Below, piece after piece: positions 36,763 through 47,536 of a stretch of DNA of 64,000 nucleotides (the first letter of the stretch is position 1; each line of letters opens with the position of its first letter). Under the pieces are notes generated by a model. That model worked only from the letters and a program-made list of their open reading frames with translations, was not told the DNA's origin and did not search any database. The DNA comes from a virus, in the IMG/VR virus record IMGVR_UViG_3300010885_072825, positions 32,001 through 96,000 of that record; one strand, 5' to 3'. A program made the translations under genes and the position numbers.

Positions 36763-38333
36763 TACAGCCTCATAAAAGAAAATGGCAGTGGTTCTCTGAA
36801 TGATTCTTCTTCATCATCTCGAAAAATACTGGCAATTGATTCATCCCAACTGGTTGCAATTTGCATCAATCGAACACATAATAGGGTGGCAGAAACCGCA
36901 TCATCATGTTCACCAGTCTTACCACCAAAACTATCTCCTTTGGATACATAAAATTTTAATTGACGCACTATCAATTCACTATTAAGAGTCATACGATCAG
37001 TTTCTATCAGTGTTTTTAATCGAGTACATGACTGAACTTTGGTTCTAGTATTTGTGTTTAATCCTTTGCGTTTTTTTGTTGTTTTTAAACCTGGTTCATT
37101 TATCAATTGTCCATTGATAGTATTTTCACCAATTTCATGTAAGCTGACAATGATGGCTTCACCAACTGAGTTGTTTTCAAAAGTATAGTAAATGTCAGGT
37201 TCAGATTTGGGATCCAGTGTTTTTAATTCATCATGTATATAATTGACCAAGTCTTTTAACATCTGTGTTTGTTTTTTTGGAGACGTATTATTATTAGACC
37301 ACTCAGCGATTTGAATCATGTCTGGTAACATGAATACTTGAATCACACTGTCGTCTTTTCTAACACCTGCACTTGGATCCAGTGCAAGCAAATAGGTTTT
37401 ACCTTTTTCAACTGATTGATACCAGCGTACATGTTGGTGAGTTGTGAATTCAGGTTTACGGGATTTCAATTTAGCTAGTTTGGCTGGTGCAATCAATGTT
37501 TCATCTGCGGTGATAAATTCACACTGGTACTCTCTTCGGAACCGATCTAATGTAATTTTATTAATTTCTTTTTGTGCCCACTCTTCATCACGACCAGGAA
37601 CTTCAGAATACAACGCGGTAAATGATTTAAATCCATTTCTGCCAAGTCCTCCCGGAATAGGGTTACCCCATTCATCAATAGTATTGGTTGCTCCATTCCA
37701 AATTTCAGCAAACTTGTCTTCATCACTATTAGGGGTTGATGTAATTATACATTTTCCCCCAGTTGCTAACGTTGGACTCATTGCTGTCCAAAATTCTTCT
37801 GCAACCTTTGGTCGTATAAATGCAAATTCATCACAATATAAAAGGCTCAATGACATGCCACGCCCTGTATCAGGGGTTGTGGTATAAGCCATTATTCGAC
37901 TTTTATTATCGAATTTTACACTTTGGGTATTATATTCAAGTACACCTGATTTAATAAAATTTGGCATTTCTTCATAAGCAAATTTAACACGACTCATAAT
38001 TTCACTAGCTGCTTTAAATTTATTTGCAGCAATCAGCACGGTTACATCTGGATTAAACATTGCATACCAAAGCAAGTAACCAGCAGTGCAAGTAGTTTTT
38101 CCTGACTGTCGTGAAAGCATACCAATAGACAGTCTATTATTATGCATTATATCTATAAAACGTTCTTGGAAAGGATAAGCAGTGAAAGGCAGAACCCCAA
38201 TTACGGGGTATTGCACCTTCATATAAGTATTCATAAAATATAGTGGATCATACTCACATCGCAAAAAAGACTTCATCTGTTCTTGAGTTAGTGAAGTCCT
38301 AACATGTGGTTTTTTGATTAAATCAATTCCCAT
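36762..38333 (-). CDS. terminase large subunit (T4 gp17-like)
   Basis: YPFQ, SRQSGKTT, LYCDEFAF, ITSTPN, LDPSAG, HDDAV. Confidence 0.95.
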   Translation of the reverse strand: MGIDLIKKPHVRTSLTQEQMKSFLRCEYDPLYFMNTYMKVQYPVIGVLPFTAYPFQERFIDIMHNNRLSIGMLSRQSGKTTCTAGYLLWYAMFNPDVTVLIAANKFKAASEIMSRVKFAYEEMPNFIKSGVLEYNTQSVKFDNKSRIMAYTTTPDTGRGMSLSLLYCDEFAFIRPKVAEEFWTAMSPTLATGGKCIITSTPNSDEDKFAEIWNGATNTIDEWGNPIPGGLGRNGFKSFTALYSEVPGRDEEWAQKEINKITLDRFRREYQCEFITADETLIAPAKLAKLKSRKPEFTTHQHVRWYQSVEKGKTYLLALDPSAGVRKDDSVIQVFMLPDMIQIAEWSNNNTSPKKQTQMLKDLVNYIHDELKTLDPKSEPDIYYTFENNSVGEAIIVSLHEIGENTINGQLINEPGLKTTKKRKGLNTNTRTKVQSCTRLKTLIETDRMTLNSELIVRQLKFYVSKGDSFGGKTGEHDDAVSATLLCVRLMQIATSWDESIASIFRDDEEESFREPLPFSFMRL

Positions 38334-38337
38334 CCCT

Positions 38338-38345
38338 TATTTATA
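38338..38345 (-). promoter_or_regulatory. late promoter TATAAATA, 4 nt from the terminase ATG
   Basis: TATAAATA-AGGG-ATG, inside CCCTTA/TAAGGG inverted repeat. Confidence 0.7.
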
Positions 38346-38355
38346 AGGGGGTTAT

Positions 38356-39240
38356 TTATCCAGCGATCAATTTCATTTCCATAGTTGGATTTTTCACATA
38401 TTTTAACGCTTCAGGATTTTGACAAATAGCTTGATATTGTACTTCTCGTCGTGCTCTGGACTTGAAATGCCCTAATAGGAGGCCATCTTTTTTGACTGCC
38501 GCTAATTGATATTCATATTTGTGAGGATTACCTAACTCCAAAACAACACTTGGTTGAAGGTCAATTGCTAGATACACTAGTTCATCACTGGGATTGTTGA
38601 TGGATCTTATTACACTAGGGGTTGTTCGTATTGCTGTTTCCAACAATTCTGGGAAATGCAATTTGTCTGGAATAGAACGTATTGCATATCCCGACGTTTT
38701 CACAGCTCGCATCAAAAGATCTCGGGTCACGAATTTGGATTTGGATATATCATATATGGTAGAATAACTTTCATCTATACATTCTTCCAAAAGTGACTTT
38801 GGTGGATTTGGCATTTCTAAAACTAGATCCACAACACCACTAGGCCATCGTTTGATTCCCAATGACATTATTTCTTCACTGACGTCAGTGAAGAATTTAA
38901 AGATGTTTGGTGATTTAGAAGAAATGATAGCTGTCTTTTGAAATTCAGTATCTGCTGAATATTCTTGAAACAGTTCTATCAAATTGGCGTCAATGCTCAA
39001 CGCCAGTAACTTGACTTCTCGACTAGTACTATGATCAGCAATATGTTTTTCCCAAAATTCTCTTAGGGGCCTTGTATACCGAGAGTCATACCACGTGTTA
39101 CTTTTTTGTTTTTCATAAAAACAATTGATAGCCATCCTTTGTAGAGTTTCTGTTTGTGGTTCAAGAAATCGAATCAAACTGGGATCTGACTTGATCATCT
39201 CCTCAATCTTGTCTAAAGAAAGAGTTACTTGTTCACTCAT
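38356..39240 (-). CDS. helical-repeat (DUF4116-like) protein
   Basis: QLAAVKKDGLLL, QYQAICQNPEALKYVKNPT, AVKTSGYAIRSIP repeats. Confidence 0.7.
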   Translation of the reverse strand: MSEQVTLSLDKIEEMIKSDPSLIRFLEPQTETLQRMAINCFYEKQKSNTWYDSRYTRPLREFWEKHIADHSTSREVKLLALSIDANLIELFQEYSADTEFQKTAIISSKSPNIFKFFTDVSEEIMSLGIKRWPSGVVDLVLEMPNPPKSLLEECIDESYSTIYDISKSKFVTRDLLMRAVKTSGYAIRSIPDKLHFPELLETAIRTTPSVIRSINNPSDELVYLAIDLQPSVVLELGNPHKYEYQLAAVKKDGLLLGHFKSRARREVQYQAICQNPEALKYVKNPTMEMKLIAG

Positions 39241-40430
39241 GCATCACCATCCCAAGAATAATTCCAAGTCACTCGATTATTCCACAGGCTTCGTGCCTTG
39301 TCAACCCTGTTCTGAGTAGACAAACTCTTCACAATACGATCAATAACTTGTTCTCGAATCGACTTGCCATCTGCGGCTGCAAACATGATGCCAGCTGCCC
39401 ATGAATCAGTTAGACCAGGCACAACTTCAACCGCGAATTTCTTGCGTTCTGAGCCACACTGTTCAACAAATACGGTGTTAAACATGTTTTGATAACGTTC
39501 AACAGTTTCAGCAACCCCCTGCCAAAAACCAGTTTCGAACTTTTCCAGACGCTGTCGTTCTTCATCTGGCAACATGGATTTGATATCATCAGTTGCTGAA
39601 TTTAGAATCAAGTCAATCACGTTCTTTTCCTGTGACAAGCTATCTCGTGCTTTGTGAATACGTACATAGTCAGCTGCCTTAATCTTTGCCATATGACCGG
39701 TATCAAAGCGAAGCACCCAGCCTTCTTGACCGATGATTGGGCGAGTGGTTTCAACCAGCTCATGAATATCGTCAACTGATCCTGGTCGCTCTTGAACAAC
39801 ATCAAGCTCCCAATTGACAAATTCTTCAAGTGGCAGATAGTCACCCGTTACATTATCTCGAACGGCAAGCAGCACCAAGCGATCAACCGGATAGTCGATC
39901 ACGATTCGTTGCTTTCGGCTACAAAACTCAAAAACTGGCGTCCAGTGATTCCGAATCATCAAATCACAAAATTCCCGATAGTTCTTTCGAGTTTGAACCC
40001 ACTCCTGAGCCATTTGAGCAATATCTGTATCACCCATCTTTGTGGCCATTGTCCAATCACCGGTGGGCAAGACCAGTGGACGCACAAAAGAACCATCCAG
40101 CTTTTCCAAAATTTTATGTGGCCGACCAAGATCAATCAAATGCGGTTGACAATCATCATTTTCACCAATATTTTTGAATTTGTGCAGGGGGCGGCTGATA
40201 ATGCGCCGTTCGTTGTTAAACAGAATTCCGCGACATTCACGCCGAATTGCCCAGTTGCGGGCCGTCTTTGAATCTGGCGCAGTGGTGGGATCAGGAAACG
40301 TATCAGAAAAGTTAACCATATAATTTACAACGTGACCCCAGTCACGACGAGCCACGATAAATTCATCTCGACCTTCAATCGCAGGAAGCACATCGGAAAG
40401 AAATTCAATGCGTGGAAAATCATAAAACAT
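39237..40430 (-). CDS. RNA ligase 1 (T4 RnlA-like)
   Basis: RECRGILF, SRPLHKFKN, EKLDGS, FEF, EGWVL, KIKAADY. Confidence 0.9.
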   Translation of the reverse strand: MFYDFPRIEFLSDVLPAIEGRDEFIVARRDWGHVVNYMVNFSDTFPDPTTAPDSKTARNWAIRRECRGILFNNERRIISRPLHKFKNIGENDDCQPHLIDLGRPHKILEKLDGSFVRPLVLPTGDWTMATKMGDTDIAQMAQEWVQTRKNYREFCDLMIRNHWTPVFEFCSRKQRIVIDYPVDRLVLLAVRDNVTGDYLPLEEFVNWELDVVQERPGSVDDIHELVETTRPIIGQEGWVLRFDTGHMAKIKAADYVRIHKARDSLSQEKNVIDLILNSATDDIKSMLPDEERQRLEKFETGFWQGVAETVERYQNMFNTVFVEQCGSERKKFAVEVVPGLTDSWAAGIMFAAADGKSIREQVIDRIVKSLSTQNRVDKARSLWNNRVTWNYSWDGDA

Positions 40431-40454
40431 TTGGTAACCTCGTTGTTGTGTTTC

Positions 40455-40483
40455 ACAATAGCTGGTTTTCCTAAACTTGTCAA
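40455..40483 (-). promoter_or_regulatory. sigma70-type promoter TTGACA-N17-TATTGT
   Basis: Upstream of RNA ligase; same CCAGCTATTGT -10 context as 10660-10688. Confidence 0.65.
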
Positions 40484-40499
40484 ATAGATAAATAGCTAG

Positions 40500-40988
40500 A
40501 TGACAACTGCTGAAATCCGAAAAATAATGACTGATTTAGAAACCATTGATTCTGTGGAAAATTCAGTTGATCAAGTTTCTACAGCATTGACAGATTTCAT
40601 TTCAGTTGGACGACCCTTATTAGAGTCATCTGAAATTGATTATGAAGAATTAAGCAAAAAATTTGTTCGATATGTTATGCGTGGATTGAAATTGACTGAC
40701 ATACCACGCATTGAATTCATTACTAAAAAAAGGGTAGAAACCCAACAACCATCGTTTGGTTCATTCAATCCAAATGACAATTCTATTGTGGTCAGCTGTT
40801 TGAATCGTCATCCGGTTGACGTGTTTAGAACTTTGGCACATGAATTGATTCACTACAAACAAAATATTGCCGGTGAACTGAGTACTGATTCTGGTTCAAC
40901 GGGCAGTCGACATGAAAATGAAGCAAATGCCGGGGCTGGTATTATAATGCGAAACTTTGCTAAAAAATACCCCGGCTACTTTAATTGA
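40500..40988 (+). CDS. EIRK-leader protein with zincin metallopeptidase domain
   Basis: MTTAEIRKIMTDLE, PLLE|S, LAHELIHYKQ (HExxH), ENEAN; TAAATA 5 nt from ATG. Confidence 0.75.
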   Translation: MTTAEIRKIMTDLETIDSVENSVDQVSTALTDFISVGRPLLESSEIDYEELSKKFVRYVMRGLKLTDIPRIEFITKKRVETQQPSFGSFNPNDNSIVVSCLNRHPVDVFRTLAHELIHYKQNIAGELSTDSGSTGSRHENEANAGAGIIMRNFAKKYPGYFN

Positions 40989-41448
40989 ACATTATTTTTC
41001 GTTCTAATTCTAATTCTGGGTTCAAATAATACCAACGAGCAATTAATTGCTCGTTGGTACTGCCGTCAGTATATAATTCCAATCTTTTTGATTCCGCATC
41101 AAAGTATTTTGCATGTAGTTTTCCATTCATGCTAGCATAAATTAAAGACAGTCGCTTTTTGTTGTGCATGTCTACTAGTACAACGAGGTGATTTTTATGC
41201 AGCAACCAATAAAAAATTGTTTCGACAAATTGTATAATGTGGATTCGCCATCCCAGAACAGGTATATTGATCATGGTGACTATGATTATAAATGATACCA
41301 AAACAATAGCTGATGTAGAAAAAAGTATCAAAGTTTCGACTACGCTCAAATGATTAATCTTAGATGTCCATAATATGAAATTCTCAAACGCCATCATGAT
41401 TATGAAGGGTGTTAAAAATTTAAAAATGCCAAATATAACACCCTTCAT
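40981..41448 (-). CDS. membrane protein
   Basis: Two N-terminal TM segments. Confidence 0.6.
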   Translation of the reverse strand: MKGVIFGIFKFLTPFIIMMAFENFILWTSKINHLSVVETLILFSTSAIVLVSFIIIVTMINIPVLGWRIHIIQFVETIFYWLLHKNHLVVLVDMHNKKRLSLIYASMNGKLHAKYFDAESKRLELYTDGSTNEQLIARWYYLNPELELERKIMFN

Positions 41449-41459
41449 AGATTTTAATC

Positions 41460-42623
41460 CTACTGTAGTTCAGTTCCGCCCTTGCGGGTAAGGTACGCTG
41501 GACTCACCATTTTGAGAATTGGACGCAGGGCGTGCTTTTCATCTGCCATTCGCTTGTCTTGCACCCCAGTGGAGGTGATAACAATACCTTCTCGGATATT
41601 ACCACCACCCATTAGTGTCACACCATCGCGAAGTTGGGTTAGGATGTCAAGATCCCAAGGACCACGGTAAAGAACAGGCGGACGTTCAATACCAATTGCA
41701 GCAAAGTTGGCAATTTTGCGATCAGTATCCATGTAGAACATATTGTCGTTAAACAGCACAGCCATATCAAATGCTCGGAAGATGGGCTTTTGTGAACCAT
41801 AGTGTAGGTCTTGAACTCCTCGGCCAAACACTTCTCCCATGATATGCACCTGTGCGCCCGCAAACGTCCGATCACAGTGCGCAATCATTCGTTCAATAAA
41901 ACCACTTTCCAGCACAGTTCGAACATAGAGATTGTATTGAATATTTTCCTCTACGTTCTTGAATACCAGGCCTTTGGCTCCCAGTCCTTTGCTGGCAATC
42001 ACAGCATCACCATTTGCAAATGCTTCAGGATTGTTTAGTCCAGGGAGGTAACTGATGCGACAAAAGGTCCCATGAATTTTCTCAAGCACTTCCACTTCAT
42101 CATTCACAAGGAATTCTGGGTAGTTTTGCCAATTTTCGATGTCATATGAAAACTGTGCTTTATGACAAGCAAACAGTTGTCCGGACATTGATGACGGAAT
42201 GGGTTCTTCATATTTTTGAATACCAAAGAACTCAACCACATTGTCATATACTGCAACATCTTGCTGAGTTTGATTGGGATGTTCAATCCAATGACGGTCG
42301 CCATCTGTTTTGACTTTCCAAACCAGGCCCTGTGAAACAACCCCTCTGAGCCGAATTGCTCGGACACGATTACCCTGACTTCCGGACAGCATGCCCTGTC
42401 CATTCTCATTGCAGTAGCCTCGATCTTTGAGAACGTCTAGTGGGATAACTGCATTTTCCGGAACATAAACAATCAGTTCACCTGCGGCAAATCGATGATT
42501 GCCGTTTTCGTCCTTATTGGTGATTGCTTCGTATCCCCGAATTTTGCAGATCGAAAGGCGGTCAGCACCCGGATGATCATAGACTGAATCGATTGGGAGT
42601 ACCAGTACTTCAAACGTGCTCAT
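41460..42623 (-). CDS. RNA ligase, DRB0094 family
   Basis: N-terminal OB domain HPGADRL, LRGVVSQGL, EKIHGT, GEVFG, FRAFD, REGIVI, LKMVSPAYL. Confidence 0.9.
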   Translation of the reverse strand: MSTFEVLVLPIDSVYDHPGADRLSICKIRGYEAITNKDENGNHRFAAGELIVYVPENAVIPLDVLKDRGYCNENGQGMLSGSQGNRVRAIRLRGVVSQGLVWKVKTDGDRHWIEHPNQTQQDVAVYDNVVEFFGIQKYEEPIPSSMSGQLFACHKAQFSYDIENWQNYPEFLVNDEVEVLEKIHGTFCRISYLPGLNNPEAFANGDAVIASKGLGAKGLVFKNVEENIQYNLYVRTVLESGFIERMIAHCDRTFAGAQVHIMGEVFGRGVQDLHYGSQKPIFRAFDMAVLFNDNMFYMDTDRKIANFAAIGIERPPVLYRGPWDLDILTQLRDGVTLMGGGNIREGIVITSTGVQDKRMADEKHALRPILKMVSPAYLTRKGGTELQ

Positions 42624-42632
42624 TTGATTTCC

Positions 42633-42878
42633 TTAAAAATTCATATGTTGGTGGATAGAAGTGATGCCTGCAGGAATCATCCAAGCGGGCCAAGTAATGC
42701 CGAGGTAAATCAACGCGAGAATGGTGATGTGCGGAACCAACATTTTCACAAAAATTGCAGTTACCACAGAAACAATGAAGTATGCCCAAGCAGCCATTTC
42801 AAGAACTGCTTTTTGGGTTGCCGTCAATGTCCGATTGATAGATTGTCTAATTGGGCGTGGATTTGCAAGAGCTGTCAT
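42633..42878 (-). CDS. small membrane protein
   Basis: Likely start MTALAN after AAGGA; two TM segments. Confidence 0.5.
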   Translation of the reverse strand: MTALANPRPIRQSINRTLTATQKAVLEMAAWAYFIVSVVTAIFVKMLVPHITILALIYLGITWPAWMIPAGITSIHQHMNF

Positions 42879-42918
42879 GTTAGTGTTCCTTGTTTGGTTA
42901 CACATTCATAACAGGTTT

Positions 42919-43443
42919 TTATTCTGAGTCAACCCTTTCGTAGACGATTCCTTGCGGCAAGCTCATTATAATTTCAAATATGTGTTCTTCAGACCCAGAT
43001 ATAATCACATTGTTTGTCCATTTTTCAGAAAACACTTTAATATTAATTTCCCATTCTAGTTTTCTAAAATACTCGAATAACGTGTCATCATCTGACCAAA
43101 TTCTGACTGCATGCGTTCTGGGTGGGATTGCTGACAACAAATTATTAAATGACCAAAACAAATATTCATGCATCAAAATGCTGATTTCTTTGTTATCAAA
43201 ACCCCCAACATCACTGTCTGAATAATTGCTTATCAACCCGGGTACTGCTTGCCACTGATTTTGATGTAACCAACCTCGAATAGCAGTCAGCTCCATTTCT
43301 GAAAAGCTAACAATACATACAGCCGTTTTGGGATCATGAATAGGAGTAATTGATGACAGTGAAGTTTCATCAATTTTCCACCATTTTAAACAAAAACGGT
43401 CATTAACTCCTAGATCTGATTTGGGCAAACTAGTCAATTTCAA
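42919..43443 (-). CDS. hypothetical protein
   Basis: 174-aa ORF in operon. Confidence 0.55.
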   Translation of the reverse strand: MKLTSLPKSDLGVNDRFCLKWWKIDETSLSSITPIHDPKTAVCIVSFSEMELTAIRGWLHQNQWQAVPGLISNYSDSDVGGFDNKEISILMHEYLFWSFNNLLSAIPPRTHAVRIWSDDDTLFEYFRKLEWEINIKVFSEKWTNNVIISGSEEHIFEIIMSLPQGIVYERVDSE

Positions 43444-44185
43444 CTACTAAATTTGGATCAAAAGCAGGATTTAATTCATGCCCCACATACCCACGTGGAT
43501 TACAAACGAATCGAGTATCACCCAACTTAAAGTCAAAGCTGTCATGCATGTGCCCACTAAACCAAGCCAGCGGATTCACTTGATCAATAGTAGAATACAA
43601 TCGACTTGTATAATAGGGATTATTAGTATAATTTTTAAAACGTTCATTTATACATTCAGGAATTGCTGGATGGTGAGTTACTACAATCGTTTTTTGTTCA
43701 GGCTTGTTTGAAAATGATTCAATAAAGAATCGAGTTTGTTGATGCTCTGCTAGAATATGTTCAGGTGTTAATTTCTGACCACCAAAAGTAATTTGGTTAT
43801 AGTCATTCATTTGTGCAGGTGCATCCAGCATTGCTAGTAGTTGATTTCCGAATAGATTGAAATCTGTCCAAAGAGTTCCGCCCACAAAAGTATAGCCATT
43901 TATATCAACTGAGTTGTTTTGTAGAAAATGAATTCCTAGTTTTTGGCATTTGACGCGGAGTTCTTCTGTATGGTAAACAATATCTCGTCCATAAACCTCA
44001 TGGTTTCCGGCCACATAGATAGCAGGTATATTCTTATCCAAGAAAGTTCGTTCAATCCAGGGCAGTGCCATGCATCCCACTCCCATGTCACCAGCTAGTA
44101 CTGCTACATCACACTCAGGTGGTGTATGTCGGAACTTGCCGAACTCCAGGTGGCAATCATTCAATGAATGTATTTTTATAGACAT
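43430..44185 (-). CDS. calcineurin-like metallophosphoesterase
   Basis: DCH, AGD, GNHE, THH, GHMH motifs. Confidence 0.9.
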   Translation of the reverse strand: MSIKIHSLNDCHLEFGKFRHTPPECDVAVLAGDMGVGCMALPWIERTFLDKNIPAIYVAGNHEVYGRDIVYHTEELRVKCQKLGIHFLQNNSVDINGYTFVGGTLWTDFNLFGNQLLAMLDAPAQMNDYNQITFGGQKLTPEHILAEHQQTRFFIESFSNKPEQKTIVVTHHPAIPECINERFKNYTNNPYYTSRLYSTIDQVNPLAWFSGHMHDSFDFKLGDTRFVCNPRGYVGHELNPAFDPNLVVEID

Positions 44186-44194
44186 ATTACAGCC

Positions 44195-44476
44195 CTAGAT
44201 CCTTCCAAGGAATTGCCTAGCAAACGTTTCTGCCCAACTATCCAAATTTTTCTGAAGTTCATCAATTCCAGAAGCTGTATGTAGACTTGGCGTTTTAGCA
44301 ATTGCGTTTGTAACAACTGTTGGTAATTGATCTTCAATCATATTGATGATACGTGATTTTTCCACAGGATTCATATCCTGATCTTTTATACTCATGTAGA
44401 GTTTTTCACTCACCATTATACAGATTTGAACGGTCAATTCTTCTAGTTGTGATTTATAGTCGCCGGGCGTTGTCAT
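44195..44476 (-). CDS. hypothetical protein
   Basis: AAGGA RBS, 93 aa. Confidence 0.6.
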   Translation of the reverse strand: MTTPGDYKSQLEELTVQICIMVSEKLYMSIKDQDMNPVEKSRIINMIEDQLPTVVTNAIAKTPSLHTASGIDELQKNLDSWAETFARQFLGRI

Positions 44477-44536
44477 TGTTTTCCTTATAGATACGTCATC
44501 TTCAAGACTAACAGTTGTTATTCATCAATGTCAATA

Positions 44537-45853
44537 TCAATCAAAATCTGCTAGCAGATCAATGTAAGCATATGCCCCAAACGGCGGAACAATACGAGAT
44601 CCATGTCCTCCTGCGATGATCCAAAGAGTGTCACAATAATCGGACGATCCCCAGCCATAATTTGGATATCCATCTGTGAACCAAATTGCTTTCTTTGGCA
44701 AGATTTCATTTTGTTGCCAATATTCCCAAACAGCTTCAAAGCTAGTACCGCCGCCGCCTCGGCATTCATAACTTAGAAACTCTTCTTTGTTTTCATGTGT
44801 AAATTCCTGGTAGTTATGGATGCTAGTATCGAAGCACAAAACACCAATTTTAAACTGAGAATATACTTCCATGATTTCCCAGACTTCAGTCAAAAATTTC
44901 CTAGCAACTTGATCACTGATTGATGCACTCATATCAATTGCAACTTGTACATCAATTGTTTCATCCACATTAAGAACCGGCATGAAAATACTAGTACCCG
45001 TAAACCTGCGATTGGGTTCCATAAAGGTATAATCGTCTGACATACAACTGTTGATAGTTGATTGCAGTAGTTCTCGCCAATTGATTTCTGGTGTTAGAAA
45101 ATTGTTGAGCAGGCGTTGCATGCCAGCGGACATATTACCTGCCGCTGCGGCTGCTGAACTAATCAGCGCTGACTTGATATGTTCTCGAATTTCTTCTAGA
45201 TCAGCATCACTAATTTTAGGCATACTTTGCCCACCCGGATTTTTGCCATCTTCAGGGTCACTGGATCCTGCCATGGGAATATGAACATCCAGAGTCAGCT
45301 GTTTCTTGACCTTTCGTTTCATCAAGTCATCATAAACAGCTTCACTGGTCCATAGGTTGGGTTCACAATAGCGTTTGTCATAGAGTCCAACGCGTTGTTG
45401 ACCTTTGGTGGCAGAAGTTGTATCAACCACGATTTCTGTGGGCATCTTACCAATGCCTTCTTGTTCCAGAAATCCATTGACAATAAAATCCGTTGCCATG
45501 TTCCAATAGTCTGGATCGCGCAGTGAACGACGTCCAAAATGTTCAAATGCACAGTGAAGCAGCTCATGACAAAACACAAACATGAGTTCTGATGGTGCAC
45601 CAGACTGTTCAACGGCTAGTCCTAAAACAAAGTCTGCATTGTAATAGATCTTTCGACCATCAACTGCCATCGTAGGACACCATCCTACATCGGTGGCATC
45701 TACTAGACCAAAATGCATTGCCAGATTTCCCAAGAAGGGGTGTTTCATAAGTAGACTGATTCTGGCCTTAGTAATTTGACGCCGAGCTAGTTCTGACTTC
45801 TGACTTTTTTCAGCAAGTGTCAATTCTTTTGTTTTTGTTACTGCTTTTGCCAT
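44537..45853 (-). CDS. metallopeptidase-vWA protein (DUF2201-like)
   Basis: TMAVDG, HELLH, WNMATD, INWRELL, DMSASI (MIDAS), GGGGTSF, FTDGY. Confidence 0.85.
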   Translation of the reverse strand: MAKAVTKTKELTLAEKSQKSELARRQITKARISLLMKHPFLGNLAMHFGLVDATDVGWCPTMAVDGRKIYYNADFVLGLAVEQSGAPSELMFVFCHELLHCAFEHFGRRSLRDPDYWNMATDFIVNGFLEQEGIGKMPTEIVVDTTSATKGQQRVGLYDKRYCEPNLWTSEAVYDDLMKRKVKKQLTLDVHIPMAGSSDPEDGKNPGGQSMPKISDADLEEIREHIKSALISSAAAAAGNMSAGMQRLLNNFLTPEINWRELLQSTINSCMSDDYTFMEPNRRFTGTSIFMPVLNVDETIDVQVAIDMSASISDQVARKFLTEVWEIMEVYSQFKIGVLCFDTSIHNYQEFTHENKEEFLSYECRGGGGTSFEAVWEYWQQNEILPKKAIWFTDGYPNYGWGSSDYCDTLWIIAGGHGSRIVPPFGAYAYIDLLADFD

Positions 45854-47043
45854 TAGACGATCAATTCTGCAAATTCTTTGGTGTATTCTTTCCAGATAGG
45901 CAAATCACGCCCACGGTATTGTGTTGGTTGGTGTGGGTGCCCCAAAATACCTTTACATCCCATAACAGCCAGCTCACGTTCAAAATTCCTTAGGATGAAT
46001 GTTAAATACGTGTTGGCCATTTCCTTCAGTTTTTTAACTGAATCCGGATTGGGGTTGGCTGCGGCTTTTTTATCCAGTTCAATAAGTCGATAAATGCAGC
46101 TTGTGATCAAGCTATATACAATACCAATGTCTTTAATATCTAGTTTAGTGAGTTTACCAGTCAAAATTTCATCTGGGTTGGGAAGTTTGGCGGCCTGTTC
46201 TCGATACTTCATGAACTTCAAACCACGACTTGCTCCCACTGTGCCATTTACCAGTGACGTCAGTGTTGATTCAGTGTTCCAGACCTTTTCGTGAATATTG
46301 CCCGCATCATCCACAGTCTGGAGGAACTTGCTGACAAATTCCCAGGAACGTGGTGTAGCAAATGCTTCTGAATCCATGTTCTCACCAAACGAGTTTAGGT
46401 CGTTGGGCTGGAAGCAAATATATCCCACAACATCTCGGTGGATTCGGTTTTGCATGGCCCACATCTTCCAGTCTTCAAAAGTCGTTTGAAGTGTGACATG
46501 GGTGAACCTGTTCCTGAGAGGAGTTGGCATTTTATAGCTAACGCCCTGGTCCTTCAGTCGATTGCCTGCTGCAATAATTGCACATTGTTCTGGCAGTTGG
46601 TAATTGCCAATACGTCGGTTTAGAATCATTTGATAGGTAGCTGCTTGTACACTGGGAGGAGCAGCTGAAATTTCATCATAAAATACCAGTGCTCGACTAG
46701 CTTGGTCAACTGGTAGGTCACTGGGATTACTCCAGCGGAATTCCTTTTCAACCAATGGCACCCCGGTATCATCACGCACTAGTTTACCATCAGCATCAAA
46801 TACTTTTACTTCTGCTAGATAGGGAATGCCTCGAACATCTGTAATATCCAACAGTGGCAATCGAATATCAATAAGTGGTCGATTTTGTTTTTTCGCTGCT
46901 TGCGCAACAATATCAGACTTACCAACACCTGGCCCAGCCCAAATCATAAGAGGACGTTTCATATCGATACAAACGTCGATCATTTCAGCAAGTGCTGCTG
47001 GTCCTACTGAATCACTGATATCAATCGTATTACCTTTAGACAT
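45853..47043 (-). CDS. MoxR-like AAA+ ATPase
   Basis: GPGVGKS, FYDE, AAGN, PLRNRF, TPRSWE; partner of adjacent vWA. Confidence 0.88.
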   Translation of the reverse strand: MSKGNTIDISDSVGPAALAEMIDVCIDMKRPLMIWAGPGVGKSDIVAQAAKKQNRPLIDIRLPLLDITDVRGIPYLAEVKVFDADGKLVRDDTGVPLVEKEFRWSNPSDLPVDQASRALVFYDEISAAPPSVQAATYQMILNRRIGNYQLPEQCAIIAAGNRLKDQGVSYKMPTPLRNRFTHVTLQTTFEDWKMWAMQNRIHRDVVGYICFQPNDLNSFGENMDSEAFATPRSWEFVSKFLQTVDDAGNIHEKVWNTESTLTSLVNGTVGASRGLKFMKYREQAAKLPNPDEILTGKLTKLDIKDIGIVYSLITSCIYRLIELDKKAAANPNPDSVKKLKEMANTYLTFILRNFERELAVMGCKGILGHPHQPTQYRGRDLPIWKEYTKEFAELIV

Positions 47044-47074
47044 TCAAATACCTTTTTTCTCGGGTTGTATGTCA

Positions 47075-47102
47075 ATTATATGGTAACTTTTTTGTTTGTC
47101 TA
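47075..47102 (-). promoter_or_regulatory. sigma70-type promoter TAGACA-N16-TATAAT
   Basis: Upstream of MoxR gene. Confidence 0.55.
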
Positions 47103-47113
47103 CCTGACTAGTA

Positions 47114-47536
47114 TCAAAAAGTGCAAAAGGCTCGAACATTTCCACTGGATAATTGGAATTCAAAAGCTGCTTCTGGATTCCAGAGAAACATAGTGCCTGA
47201 TTTGAAAAACCAGGGTCCTGCTATGTAGCGATTCAAACCAATTATGACTTTGGGTGTCATTTCAGCTTGGAATTCTCGATAGGTTTTTGTTTGAAGTTCA
47301 ACTGCAATAGGTGGCCAGTGTGGGGACAATAATTCAAATCCGAATTTGGTTAACTGCCAACTCCTGTTTACCCAAACTAGGTCAGCTAATTCCTTGATTC
47401 GTTTTGCGTGTTCATCGGGACCCCGGTCAGTCAATTCCTGCAAAATAGGATTCAAGTCATTGATTATTTCAGTAACTTCCTGTCTAGATATTGCCTGTGG
47501 AAAACGATCACTCACCTTCTTTGATTTCAACTCCAC
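47114..47536 (-). CDS. hypothetical protein
   Basis: 140-aa ORF; WQLTKFGF motif. Confidence 0.55.
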   Translation of the reverse strand: MELKSKKVSDRFPQAISRQEVTEIINDLNPILQELTDRGPDEHAKRIKELADLVWVNRSWQLTKFGFELLSPHWPPIAVELQTKTYREFQAEMTPKVIIGLNRYIAGPWFFKSGTMFLWNPEAAFEFQLSSGNVRAFCTF